A stretch of DNA of 64,000 nucleotides from Lepidodermella squamata. Its lineage: Eukaryota > Animalia > Gastrotricha. The position numbers and the translations under genes were made by a program. Of the stretch, positions 23,523-35,526 are shown in pieces (position 1 is the stretch's first letter; the number at the start of each line of letters is the position of its first letter). Location: positions 186,001-250,000 of the forward strand of contig JBLDXI010000015.1 of the NCBI GenBank assembly GCA_047495785.1. Reading direction: 5' to 3'. Below the pieces are notes generated by a model. That model did no database searches, was not told the origin of the DNA, and saw only the letters and a list, made by a program, of their open reading frames with translations.

Positions 23523-26500
23523 ATGTTCAAATCAGCACGCGAGTTCAATACGTGGAAGGTGCTGGGCCGTGGCGGCTTTGCCACGGTCTACTTGTGCCGA
23601 AGGGGTACGACTTATGAGAATTATGTTGTTAAGGAAGTAAACCTCACTCAGTTGGAACGGAATTGCAGCGATGAGAACCAAGCTAGGAAACTTGTTAAAA
23701 TCAGCAGCGACGAGGCAAGTTATAAAGAGATTGATGAAAAAGAGATGAAAACCCGAGATATCACTTGTTTTGCAGCACTCCAAGTTGGAGAAACTGCGTC
23801 ACCCCAACATTGTGCTAATATTCGGTGCATTCAAGGGTAGGCAAGCTTTTTATGCTGACTAGACCTCATTATATGGGTGTATAATCTAGAGCCATACAGC
23901 GGCGATGATGAAGTAAAGCGGGGATGCGAGATGTACTACTTGGTCATGGAGCACTGCGAGGGCGGAGATCTGGACAGTCGAATCGGAACAGGACGCGAAA
24001 AGATCAGCGAGGTGCAGCTGCAATCCTGGGCCAGACAGCTAGCATCGGCGTTGAAGTTCTTGCACGACAACGGCATCGTTCACCGGGATATCAAGCCGAA
24101 AAACATTTTTCTAAGCCATGACAGGCGAGCGGTCAAACTCGGCGATTTTGGCATTGCCAAAGACTTGGACGAGTAAGTTGGCTCTTTTCAGCTACTGCTA
24201 TCGCCGGTGGCTTCATTATTTCGCGGGTTAAACCTTGTTACTATTTTGCGCAGGGCTGCAACGACAAAGTACACGCTGAGTGTAGCTTCTTGGGACTACG
24301 CAGCTCCGGACTACATCGAGAATAACGATTACCAGCGCCCTTGTGACGTGTGGTCGTTTGGCGTGACTCTATTTGAACTGGCAAACTTTGTGAAACCGGT
24401 AAAAAGTTTCCACCTGCATTTCCACTTTGCATGATGATCCTATAATTATTAGTTCTACGGAAAAACGGCGATGGCTGTTTGTCTAAGCATTCAATCGTAA
24501 GTGCATTCAAGTTTTCCATTTAATGCCTGTGGAAAATTAACTCGTCGAGTTAGCGTGCATTGACAATTGACAGCCAAACTAGTCAGCCCACTGAATACAA
24601 TGGCGACCAGGTTTAGCACTAGCCTCAATTGTCAAAGAATATAACTTCGATTCCCTATGGCTCTGCTTCTTTATTCTTCGTTGATGTGCTACACAGCAAT
24701 TAACACTTGTTCGAATTACTAATTAGAATCAGATAGGCGAGGGTCGGGATCTAAGGCAGCCAAAGGTCAAGAATTGGAGCGAACGCGATACAAATATTGA
24801 GGTAATGCGAAGCAATGACACGTCGGCTCGAAAAGACTTTACCTAGGAAATGATTAGGAATAGCTTTTTCGACTGCGGAGTCACTTCGGCATAGAAGGTT
24901 GTAGGTGGCTCAGCCTGGCAAGCCTTTTAGAAGCTGCTCCTGTAAACGTATTGGCATGATTTAAATGATGACGTGATGTTTCGCAGTTAATAATTGCCTC
25001 TCTCGAGTAAAAGCCCCTTCAAATAATTGCCCGAGTTCTTCCTCTGTTTTTCGAGTTCAAAACAAAATACGGTATTTTAAATAAACATATAGGTAAATCA
25101 ATCACGACAAAATAGGGAGTTTCGAAAAGTGATTTCAGGCCACTAGAAAATTCCAAAATTTGGTTCCAATGTTACCAATAAATTTATGGTGAGCGAAACC
25201 TAATTTGCATTGTTTTGCGGAACCGATGGCTATGCAAGGAGTCATTTTTTATTAATTCCAAGAATTTTAGACGAAGCATGAGTTTTGAATTGAGCATTGA
25301 ACAGAGTGTTATGCTGAATTTACTGGTGATTTACTGGTGAAGTTATTTCGGGCCACTAATAGAACAGTGGTTCTCAAACTATTTTCGTTCCCGATTGAAA
25401 ATGAGGGCCGGCTGGCGACCCCTCCGGCCGCATTGCCTCTTGAACCCTCAACCGGCCGCCAGTAATGATAAAACAGGACCTTCCCGGCCGCACGCCTCCA
25501 TAATCAAGATTTGAAGGTTTCGAGTGCGCTTTTAAGCGGAAGATTGGTTATTAAATCAGGGGTTTGGAAGTTAGTTTGCTCGGAAGTGAAAAGGTCCCTA
25601 ACATTCGCCTACACCGGAAAAATTAAGTTGAAGAAGGTTTTAGAGGCTCAGTATTCATTTAGTATTCCGTTTTTCTATTGTTTGTCGTAACGGTTTTTGC
25701 AGCACAAAAAATCGCGTACTCTGCTAGTATAAAGCCTGGGCGTATAGGGCGATTTCGACCGGTTTGAGTACATTTCAATGGCGTCAAAAATTTGGAAAAT
25801 TGATGCACAAATCAATGAGATTTTGCCCGACTTTCAAGAATTCGGCCGACGGTCTGCTCAAGTCAGCGAAATTTTTAATTGAGGAAAATCGAAATTTCAC
25901 ACCCCAGTTTTCCGAGAGAGAAACCCAAAACGTCGCGCAAATTAATGCGAAATGTCGCGCAACACAATTTCAAGTGTCGCGCAAGTGCGCATGTTACGTG
26001 TCGCGGTTTGTTTAATTTCTTTCGAAATTGTCGTATATTCGAATATTCTAATCGAAGCTTTTTCCGAAATAAGAAAATGTCGTTATTATTTTTAGCCATA
26101 ATGACCTCTGTACCTTAATAAAATACAGCGCGCAAATCAGGGCTTTTGATCGAGGCTGGTACGTTTCATCTACCGTACTGCCCAAAAAATTGGCCAGCCT
26201 CAAATAAATGTCAGAGATTATAGGTCATCCGAAAAATAAATTTCGGGCCCGGAATGAATGTCAGGTCAGTGGCGGTGACAATGCGAAAGATCACTAATGA
26301 TTCTGATCATTCTGATTGAACATAATTTCTACTATTGGCACTTATAGCACTTTGATTGCCTATGAAATTCGATAAAACAAGCCTTAATCCTGTTGGACTT
26401 CCACGGCAACACTCTTATGATCACAAAGATACCTGGGCTAACTCCAGCTAATTCAAGCGAAGAATTTCCGCCCTCTATTCGCCGCAGATCTCAATTTTTT

Positions 26501-29500
26501 TAGTGCCCGCATCCGCTTAGATTTTGACCGGATTTCACGTAAAATGCGAGGAAAACAAATTCAATGATGGGGAATCTCTTCGAATAAAAAATTGTCCATC
26601 TTGTCTTTTCGTCGAAAATTTTCGAATACTTTGTACTTGAGAAGTGTGGGTTCAAAATGGCATCTAATAGCAGGACTGAATCGGATCACTGATATCGCAT
26701 GGTTATTAGAAGAAGAAATATGACACGAGTCAACTCGCAAAAAAATATCCGATTCGGGCTTGCTTTCTATTAGAATTTTAAGAAAATCAATGTTAGATCG
26801 AATTGATACATTTGCAACTTATGTGGGATTCGTGGGATTCCAATTTATGAAGGCCTAGAATTTTACCTGGATTTTTTCTGAGAAATTAGAAAACACGATC
26901 TTGATTTTTTTGTTCGCCAAAGAGGACGAATTCAATGCAAGTCTGCTACTACTTGGTATAGCTAAAAGGCTAGCGGCATAAATTATGAATTATGAATTCA
27001 TTACAAGACATTCTTGCGGCATTATTGCTTTCAATAGCTATCAGTGTCACAAGTTAATTATTGAAAAGTTCGCTGACCCGGATGAACACCACGTGTAGGT
27101 GGCTGTATAGGTGGCCTAAGGTTACGTAAAAGGCTTGGGTTAAATCAGCTCTTGATTGGAGATCTATTTTGACTAGCCATCAAGTCTTTTGGAAAATATT
27201 TGTTTTAATCAAATTTACTTTTTTCAACATGAAATTATTTTTTCAATCATCATTCAGAAATTATTATTTGATAGGGAAAATATACTTTCATGATGAAGTT
27301 GTGGATTTTAAGTGTTATGTTTGACCTCGGGTGATAATATTAAATAACAAAGGTGATCATATTAGCAAGTGATTTTTGGCGCGCGATTTTTTTGCGCGTG
27401 CAGAAGACACGTGCTGCGCGGGAAAAATCGCCTTAAATGCCTGAATTGTTTAGGCGAACAAGTGCTACCGACGCGGTACTCTTCGTTGGGATGACACAGC
27501 TGGCCCAGCGTGCGAATTGAAAATCTCCATCGACATTGGAAATTTAGCGGCTATTTAGTGCAGCGCAGCGGCGTAAAACGCGACGGCGGCTTGATCTTGA
27601 AGGGCCCTGACTAATGTCACTTATTTGAATCATTGTCTTCGCAAAAATGAGAATCGTAAAGTTATTCGGACAAATATTTAAAAATTCAATTATTTTTGGC
27701 CAAAAACAAATATTTGTCCGTAACTTTGCAAAATTACAGCTAACTCAATTTTCCATAATTTAATGAACGGGTTCGACAGCAATGAGCTACATTCTTCCTC
27801 CAAATTTTCTGTTATTTTCCCGGACTGGTCATCCTCAAGGGCTTTAATGAGTGTCGATCGCAAAAATTAGCATCGAATATTATCGAATATTGGTTAGTAA
27901 TTAGTTTAGATTCACCTTTTTCCAGAGCCATTTGCCACGGCTTCATTCGCGTTTGCCAATCTATTTTTAGCACGAGCCTGTTGACGCGAATGATGGTCGC
28001 TATTTTTTTGCGTCTTCTTCATCGTCGTATTCCACTTCTTCTTTGGCAATGACATTCATGAATGGATTTTATTGCTTTTGTAGTAAAAAATCTGTAGCAA
28101 AACACTCGACGCGCCACATTTTTAGGCAAATTTATTAGACAAGCATCGAAAAGTAACGCATCGTACAAGTGCAAATTAATATCTTCATTCTTCGTCTTTT
28201 CTGCCTTGAAGTTCCACTTACTAGGAATAAGAAAACGTAAAAAAACCCCTGGGAAAAGATGTAGGTAGCATTAGAAAAATATATCATTTCGAATGAAGGT
28301 TCTTTCAATTTGAAGCCATTTCAAAGCTCATTTTCCTTACGTTATACCGCTTTTGCCTCCCAGAAAACCGGCGCGGCCATTCGACGATTCTCGCGGCTAC
28401 TCGGCCGAATGCCGCGACTTCATCATGTCGCTGCTGGAGAAGCAGAGCAGCAGCCGACCGACCATTGATCAAGTGCTGAATCACGCCTTTCTACGCCGCG
28501 ATATCGTTGACGAAAGCCAACAACAACCAAAACAGTCAGTCGCCCCTGCATCGGTGAAGCCGAACAAAGAGACAGAGGAATCGTCGAGGTCTAAACCGCA
28601 AGAGAAAGTCGAGCAGAAGCCTGCGAGCCCTGTAGAGTTTTCCGAGGCTGTTAAATTTTTCATTTTTAAATTATTTCTAAATAATTCAGGCTGTTGTAAG
28701 TAATCTGCCGAAAAACAAAGACGAAGCTATCAAGGTTGCTCTTTTTCAAACTCAAAATCATTGATATTTCATTTTTCGGTGTGATGATTGAAACAGGAAT
28801 TCGTGCGATGTGCAGTTGAGAATGATGCAGTGAGAATGTCCCAATTGCTGCTACACAAGGACCGATTGGGACTGGATACCAACGGAAAATATTGGGACTA
28901 TGAAGGAACTGCACTTCATGCTGCAGCATTCAAAGGCCATGTTGAAATTGTTGAACTGCTGGCGGGCAAGTTCAAAGCCGACGTCAACGCGGCAGCTAAG
29001 GATGGCTGGACGCCATTGCACTGGGCCGCCCGTAATGGCAAAGCTGACGTCGTGGAACTGCTGGCGGGCAAGTTCAAAGCCGACGTCAACGCGGCAGCTA
29101 AGGATGGCTGGACGCCATTGCACAGGGCCGCCTTAAATCGCAAAGCTGACGTCGTGGAACTGTTGGCGGGAAAGTTCAAAGCCGACGTCAACGCGGCAGC
29201 TAAGGATGGCTCGACGCCATTGCACAGGGCCGCCTTATGGGGCAAAGCTGACGTCGTGGAACTGCTGGCGGGCAAGTTCAAAGCCGACGTCAACGCGGCA
29301 GCTAAGGATGGCGAGACGCCATTGCACATGGCCGCCTGGCATGGCAAAGCCAAAGTCGTGGAACTGTTGGCAGGCACGTTCAAAGCCGACGTCAATGCGG
29401 CAGATGAGGGTGGCCAGACACCACTGATGAGAGCAGCCTTTGGGATAGAACCTGCTGTCGTCGATCTTCTTGTGAATAAATTCAAAGCCAACGCAAACCT

Positions 29501-29621
29501 GAAGAACAAGGCGGGACAAACTGCACTGGATAAGGCTAAAAACCCTTGGAATTCATCTGAGGAGTATAAACAACGACAACGACAAGTAATCGAAATCCTG
29601 ACGAAGGCGATAACCAAGTGA
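23523..29621 (+). CDS. NEK-like Ser/Thr kinase fused to C-terminal ankyrin repeats (paralogue 2, ~626 aa, 8 exons)
   Basis: Exons 23523-23714 (GC-AG intron follows), 23776-23836, 23890-24172, 24254-24398, 24453-24496, 28364-28649, 28690-28734, 28797-29621. Total 1881 nt, phases consistent. Kinase motifs GRGGFA, VVKE, LRHPNIV, LVMEHCEGGDL, HRDIKPKN, DFG, YAAPD, DVWSFG, RPT. Seven ANK repeats. Confidence 0.86.
28900..29460 (+). repeat. Tandem 102-bp coding repeats (34-aa ankyrin units) with near-identical framework
   Basis: The framework gaactgctggcgggcaagttcaaagccgacgtcaacgcggcagctaaggatggc recurs every 102 nt. Confidence 0.95.
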
Positions 29622-30698
29622 AACGGAATTAGCTTGCATTCAATTCATGCATTTCACAGCCGCAGAAAAAGCTGTTTATTAAGACGATGATATCAAATTC
29701 ATCAGAATTTTCGAGTCGACATCTGCGATCGACGCCGGCTGTTCGCCCAATTCGAGCTTCTCGCCCGCAAAAAACAGCTGAGAACAGGGCCTAAATAATT
29801 TTCTCGTTCGAATTTGTGCATCTTACGAAATTTTAGTAGTTAATAGCGTTATAAGTACCGTCAAACCACAGATGGCCGCTTTCAGCCAGCCGCGTCGAGG
29901 GTACGCGGAAACAAATCGGATAGCAAAATGATTGCATATAATAGACGTCGTTTGTTGAATCAGCCGCAGACAAAAGTCGACTGGTTCATCTTCGTTTCGA
30001 GGCCGATTCGACAATTAATTTGGCTGCTGCTCGAGGACAAAAATTCACATCATGCGAGGCACCTTATTGCGAGGAATATTTGCGGGGAAAAATTATGAAT
30101 TCAAATTTGGAAAATGAGAGGATCGATATAAAAATTGAATTTTAGAAAATAAAATAAGCCATAACGGGATGAATGATAAATGATTCGGTTCATAAATTGA
30201 TAGGTAAAAATGAAACCTTTAGTAGTCTTCTAGACGAAATCGACGTGAATTTTACGCGAATTTTCTCTAAAACTCGGATAAGATAACTCGGGGGTTAACA
30301 GCTGGTTGAAAAAATTTATTTTCAAAAATTTCGCTTTCACACGCATTGATTTTTTCCCAGTTATTATACAATGGAATAATTTTAATAGTACAATAATATA
30401 GTGTAAAGACTTTCCAGAAAAAATGAACAAAAAACAGCAAAAATTGGTTCCGTATAATATTTAGACTACATTTGACACGATTTTTGCAAAGTAAAATCGA
30501 CTGATTGAAATAAAATTGACAATGTCGCGCCGTGATTATCGAATAATTTACATCATAAAATTGTCATAAATAATGATAATAATAATAATAATAAAATTCA
30601 CAGTTTTGTTGTTTCCGGAATAATTATACTCGCTCTCTTGTTCTGCATTTCAAATGAGTTCATTGAGCTGCGTTTCAGCGTTGATTTTAGGCCAACTA

Positions 30699-33600
30699 TC
30701 AAGAAGAAGATGACGATGACGACGGCGGTGATGAGGATGGCATCTGGCTGACGAAGTGCTTCACGGCGTGGTAGATGATGTTCTTCAGCTGCAGCTTGTC
30801 CTCCTGGTTGCGGTGCGTCGGCGGCAGGGCGCGGAACTCACGGTCGAGGGCGAGCGCCGCGTCTAACCGCAACGGATTCACAAAATCGAGGGCGATCTTC
30901 ATAAAAAAAAGCGTGAAAATAAATTCGGAAATTTCGAATTTCGAATTTCAAATTCGCAGATTTTGAAACTTTTGGAAATTCTCGGCAATACTTTCAAGAT
31001 CTTCGATTTCAGATTTTTTAATAAGTATTCCAGCATTATTTTGATTTTGCGCAATTCAAATTTGAAAGCATATTTCCCCATCCGCCGGTGTTTCCTCCGC
31101 GCGCGCGCTCCTATTGGCTGGGCCTTGTTGCGCAACAACCAAGATAATTACAGCCCTCGTGCGCGCGCGCACGGACGAGAGCAACGATGACTGCGCCCTG
31201 CGCTGCGAGTCAGCGAATAGCTTTCAAGAAAATAACAAACGCTTGAATTAAGGGAGATTTTGTTGTCCAAAAAATTGATTATCATGTAATTTGTTCTTAT
31301 TTACCCACCCCATTAAATAGAAAATAGAAAATAGTACGCGCGCAAAATTCAAATTTTACCTGATGGCACCTGATGGCACCGATGGCACGAGCTATTTTCG
31401 GTGAATTTGGGGTGATTTCATCAAAATATAGTTTGAAACTCTAACCATTTGATTATTTTCGCGCTAGATCGAATTGTTTGAAAAAGGTTTCTTGCCCTTG
31501 AGAGTTTGTGCGATTGAAAATGTACCGCTCATTACCGGAGCCGCTAACAATGTAAAAAATCCTTAGAATGATCAAAACTCAAGCGCTTCTAAAAATTTAG
31601 AAAACTTGCGATTTCATAAAATATCATGTTGCACCATGGTGGCGCGATTTTATTTTGCCTGCATTGTAAGGCATCATTATTTCTCGCATATCTTCTTGAT
31701 TTGTAATTTGTTGACACTTGGTACTAATTGAAAAATGTACTATCGATGCGCGCACTTTACATGATATACTGGACTTGTTCAATTCTAGCTGACTTGACTT
31801 GTGGTTTTCTAGTGATTTTGCAGCGCGCGCGTAGAAAGCTGCAATTATTTGTTGCGCAATAAATGCGCGCGACGTGCGGTTACGCGTAAATTTAACCAAC
31901 CAATAGGAGCGCGCGCGCGGAGGAAACACCGGCGGATGGGGAAATGTGCAATTTGAAAGCTTTATCGCTTTTTTCGTACTTTGAATCTGGACGTGGAAAT
32001 CGGAAGACCCAATTTTTCCCAGCTCGTTCAAGTTTTTCGTTTTCAATTTTTTAATATTTTTTTTAATTCATAAAATTCACGTGAAAATCGCGATTGATTC
32101 CATTCGCATGTTTGAAATAAGACAAAATTGCAATTTTAAAGAATTTTCCTTTCACTTGTTTTCGAGATTTGGAATGCGAGTGAATGTTGTCAAATTATTC
32201 AAATAAATTTTTTTTAGAATTTCCGCACGATTATTTCTCTCATTTTTTTTACCTTGAAGCAGGAGTTGAAGTTGCGAACTTGATGCGCGAAGCCGGCGCC
32301 AACGAAAATGGCGTCGTGGTGGAACTGCACGATGGTGATGGGCGCGACGTTGTAGGGCGGCTGCGCCAGCTCGGCGAGCATCGCGTCGTCCAGGTACCAC
32401 GTCTGGTCGTGGATCGGCGTCGCCGAGTCGCAGTGGTGCCGCTCGCGCAGGTACGCCTCGATCGCCGGCCGGTCTTCGGGCCGGAATATGTGCCAGATGG
32501 CGGCGGGCAGTTCCTGGCCCAGCACGGCGCGGTCCTTGAACTCGCCGGCCACCAGCGGGCACGTCACGATGTAGTCGCGGATCGCCGTCGCCTGCGCCGC
32601 GCCCAGGTCGCCCTCCAGCGGCTCCACAAGCACCGCCACGTTCACCGCGTCAGACACGTCCTGATTGACAAATTCAGAAAAATATTTGAAAACCTTGAGT
32701 CGAAAATTCAAAAAACCAAAATTTTCCAATTTTTCAAAAATTTCAATTCCAATTTCGATTTCAAAATTTCAAAATTTTAAATTTCTTGTTTATCTGTTTT
32801 ATTTGCTGACCACGTCAGAAACGTCCTATCAATTGAAAAATTGGAAAATATTAAAAACAATTAGGTCGAAAAATGGTAAAATAAACTTTCAAAAATTAAA
32901 ATTAAAATTCGAATTTCCGAAATTTATTCAAATTTCAAACTATCAAAATTCAATATTTCCCGCTCATCTTCGTAATTTTCAATCGTTTCGAATTACTGAA
33001 ATTTCAAAAAAACGTTCGAAAATTGAGAATAAGAAAAATGTCAAACTTTTCAAACCTTTCGAATTTTCAAAATTTAAAATTTTCCAGTTCATCTTTTTTT
33101 AGTTAGGTGTTGTGTCAAAGTAAAAAAATGTCGAGCTTACAAGGTGTAGATGCGTTGTTGCGATTTGCAGATCGCCGGTGCCGTGGGCGAAGTAGCCCTT
33201 GACCATGTCGGGTCGCAGGAAGCTTTCGGGCAGGTGCGTCAGCAGGTTCAACTGGCCGCCGGGCGCGCACAGGTCGGCGAGCGGCAGCGCTTCGATGAAG
33301 CTGCGGTAGTGCAGCGGCAGGACGTCGGCGAGGCACGCGTCCGCCGGGTAGTCGGACAACTTGAATATCCGAGGCTCGTTATTGGCACTGGAATTACTAC
33401 TCGCAATCTAGGAAAGCACAAGATAAAAAATCTAATTTAAATTCATGAAATTTTAAATTTTGAATGAAGAAAGCGCTAAGAAATATTTTGAGAATTTTAG
33501 GAATTGCTTAAAAATTATAATTTCAATTTAAAAATTAAAAAAAATTCATCTCCGATTTTTAAATTTCATATTTCTGAAAATTTCAAAACTTTAGGCTTAA

Positions 33601-35526
33601 TTTGGTTTGTATCTATTACCTCTGCGCTTATCGAAGCTGCTGAAACTGGCGATGTGGGGTGTTGAGCAAGGGCTGTTCTGGCGTCGGCCGAGCGGAACCC
33701 GCGCAGGAACCCGCTCATGGGCGCGTTGTCGATGAGGCGGGCCGTCGCGCGGCAGTCTGTCAACTGCACGCTTTGCTCGCCCAGCGCCGCCATCAGCTGT
33801 TCGAGGCTGAATAGAAACTGCTGGTACGTCGAGACGCGAACTTGCGACACAACGAGCGGTGCATCTTTAGGCAACAGCAAGGTCGAGGCTCCGATTTTTC
33901 CTATAAAAACAGGCATCTTTTAAGAGAATGGCAAGATGAATACCTAAAGATTATTCTTCATACATCATAAAAAGTACTGAAAACTTGAAAATTGGAAAAA
34001 ATTTGAGTAATTTAGTGTGGCGTCAATCCAGCACACGACCAACGAGCCGTGACGTTACATTCATTTTTAGCCCAAAAAGCCGAGCAACAATTCAATTGGG
34101 ACTTGTCAGCTCCAATTTGGATAATAAGAAGCGAAAAAACAGCCGCGTTAGATCACCAAAATTCAGATGACAAGGTCGAAAATTTAGCTGCTGATAGCTG
34201 GATCCAATGAAGATCCTTTGGGCTAATGAAGCACTGATGTTTAGAATTTCCGGGAATTTCAGGACCTCGGAAAAGTATAGTAAAATGAATTTCTCGGACC
34301 AAAGACCACACACAAGGATCACCACAAGGAAAGATATCTCCCCGAAATTCAACAATTTTCAATATTAATTCATTTTCAATGGAAACCAGGTTGATTTTTA
34401 ATTTTTAATTTAAAACATTCCAATCTGCCGAACAAATTTTTTCTATAATTTTCTTCTTAATCAAAATTCATCAACATTTAATTTTTTGAAATTTCAATAG
34501 GTATCGAATCGTGGCGATTGAATGTTTCATGATTTTTTTCTAGATTTTTCTTCGATGTTCATGCCTACCTGGTTTTGCGAATCGATACGACCACCTGGAG
34601 CCGTGTTCGATGAGCTCGAGATTCGCGTCGTCGAACTCGTCGTCGTCATCGCCCGGCCGCGGCTTGCCCAGCCTCGCCACGCGATCGACCAGCGTGCGCA
34701 GACACTCGGTGGGGATGAGCGAGCCGGGCAACAGCGGCCGCGACGCATCGCGACACGCCACGGTCGTCACGCGCGAGTGCGCACCGCCGAGCGCGTGGCA
34801 CTCGCGGCACGCGACGAAGCCGCAGCGGCCGCAGAAGTAGAAAACGTTGAAGAGCGTGGCGCGGCACAGGTCGCACTGCTCCTTGACGCCGTGCTCGCGC
34901 CGCCGCCACGCCAGCTGCGCCCCGCTCGCCTCGATGCGCCGCAGCGTGTCCAGCTCCGATTTCGCGATCTCGAGGAACGGGCCTCGCATGCGCTCGAGCA
35001 CGCGCAGGACAATGCGGTCTTCGTCCTCATCCTGGGCAGCGGACGACGAGTCGATCGACGTGGCCCACTCGCCTCGGTCCAGCGGCGTTATGTCACCCTG
35101 GTCCGTGAAGCCGGCGCACTGCCACAGGGTGAGGTTCGAGGCGACGGCGGCCATGCGCGCGCTCGCCCGCGTCGTCAGTTTGCGGAAGTTGACGAAGCGG
35201 CACTCGTTGAGCTCGTCGTCGTCGTCCTCGCTGCGACTCGCGCAGCCGAGGCATTTCGACAGCGAGGCGGACTGGTAGTAGAAACACGCAACCGACTGCG
35301 TCACGTGGCACGTCGCTGCGCCGCGGTGATGCGTCGCCGACGTCGCGTCATCGTCGCGGGTTCGCGTCGATTTCCGAGGCGAGACTGATGTGGCTGTTGT
35401 GGCTGCGGCTGTTGCTTTGGTGACGCGGCCCTTGTAGACGCCGCCGCCGGATGCTGGCGACGTGCTGTGAGGCGGCGATGAGCTGCTTGCGCTGTTTCGC
35501 CGTTTTTTACTGCTCAATATCGTCAT
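30699..35526 (-). CDS. KDM3: KDM3/JMJD1-family JmjC histone (H3K9) demethylase, ~703 aa, 5 exons
   Basis: Exons 35526-34569, 33900-33620, 33407-33141, 32660-32253, 30896-30699 (2112 nt). Zinc finger CDLCRATLFNVFYFCGRCGFVACREC. JmjC motifs TTHLHLDVSDAVNV, AIWHIF, PIHDQTWYLD, GAGFAHQVRN.SCFK, EFRAL...EDKLQLKNIIYHAVK. Confidence 0.92.
31068..31949. mobile_element. Mutator-like (MULE) MITE, 9-bp TSD AATTTGAAA, in the last KDM3 intron
   Basis: TIR GCA(T/C)ATTTCCCCATCCGCCGGTGTTTCCTCCGCGCGCGCGCTCCTATTGG. AATTTGAAA occurs at 31059-31067 and 31950-31958. Confidence 0.92.

Noticed and set aside
26138-27609. CAGGGC...GCCCTG termini suggesting a hAT element in the long kinase intron
   Set aside because: TIR similarity is short, the flanking 8-mers do not match, and no transposase motif was recognised.
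28916-29617. 233-aa antisense ORF (and 12982-13680, 13879-14190) over the ankyrin exons
   Set aside because: Shadow ORFs produced by stop-free tandem repeats on the opposite strand.
29700-30050. Coding-looking minus-strand segment with a possible splice donor between ANK paralogue 2 and KDM3
   Set aside because: No start codon or consistent open frame and no recognisable motif.
34153-34270. Possible extra KDM3 exon (GPEIPGNSKHQ...)
   Set aside because: Its phase does not fit. Exon 1 (phase 1) joins 33900 (phase 1) directly in frame.
34522-35388. 288-aa plus-strand ORF, and 32184-32780, opposite KDM3
   Set aside because: Antisense shadows of GC-rich exons. The minus frame carries the conserved KDM3 motifs.
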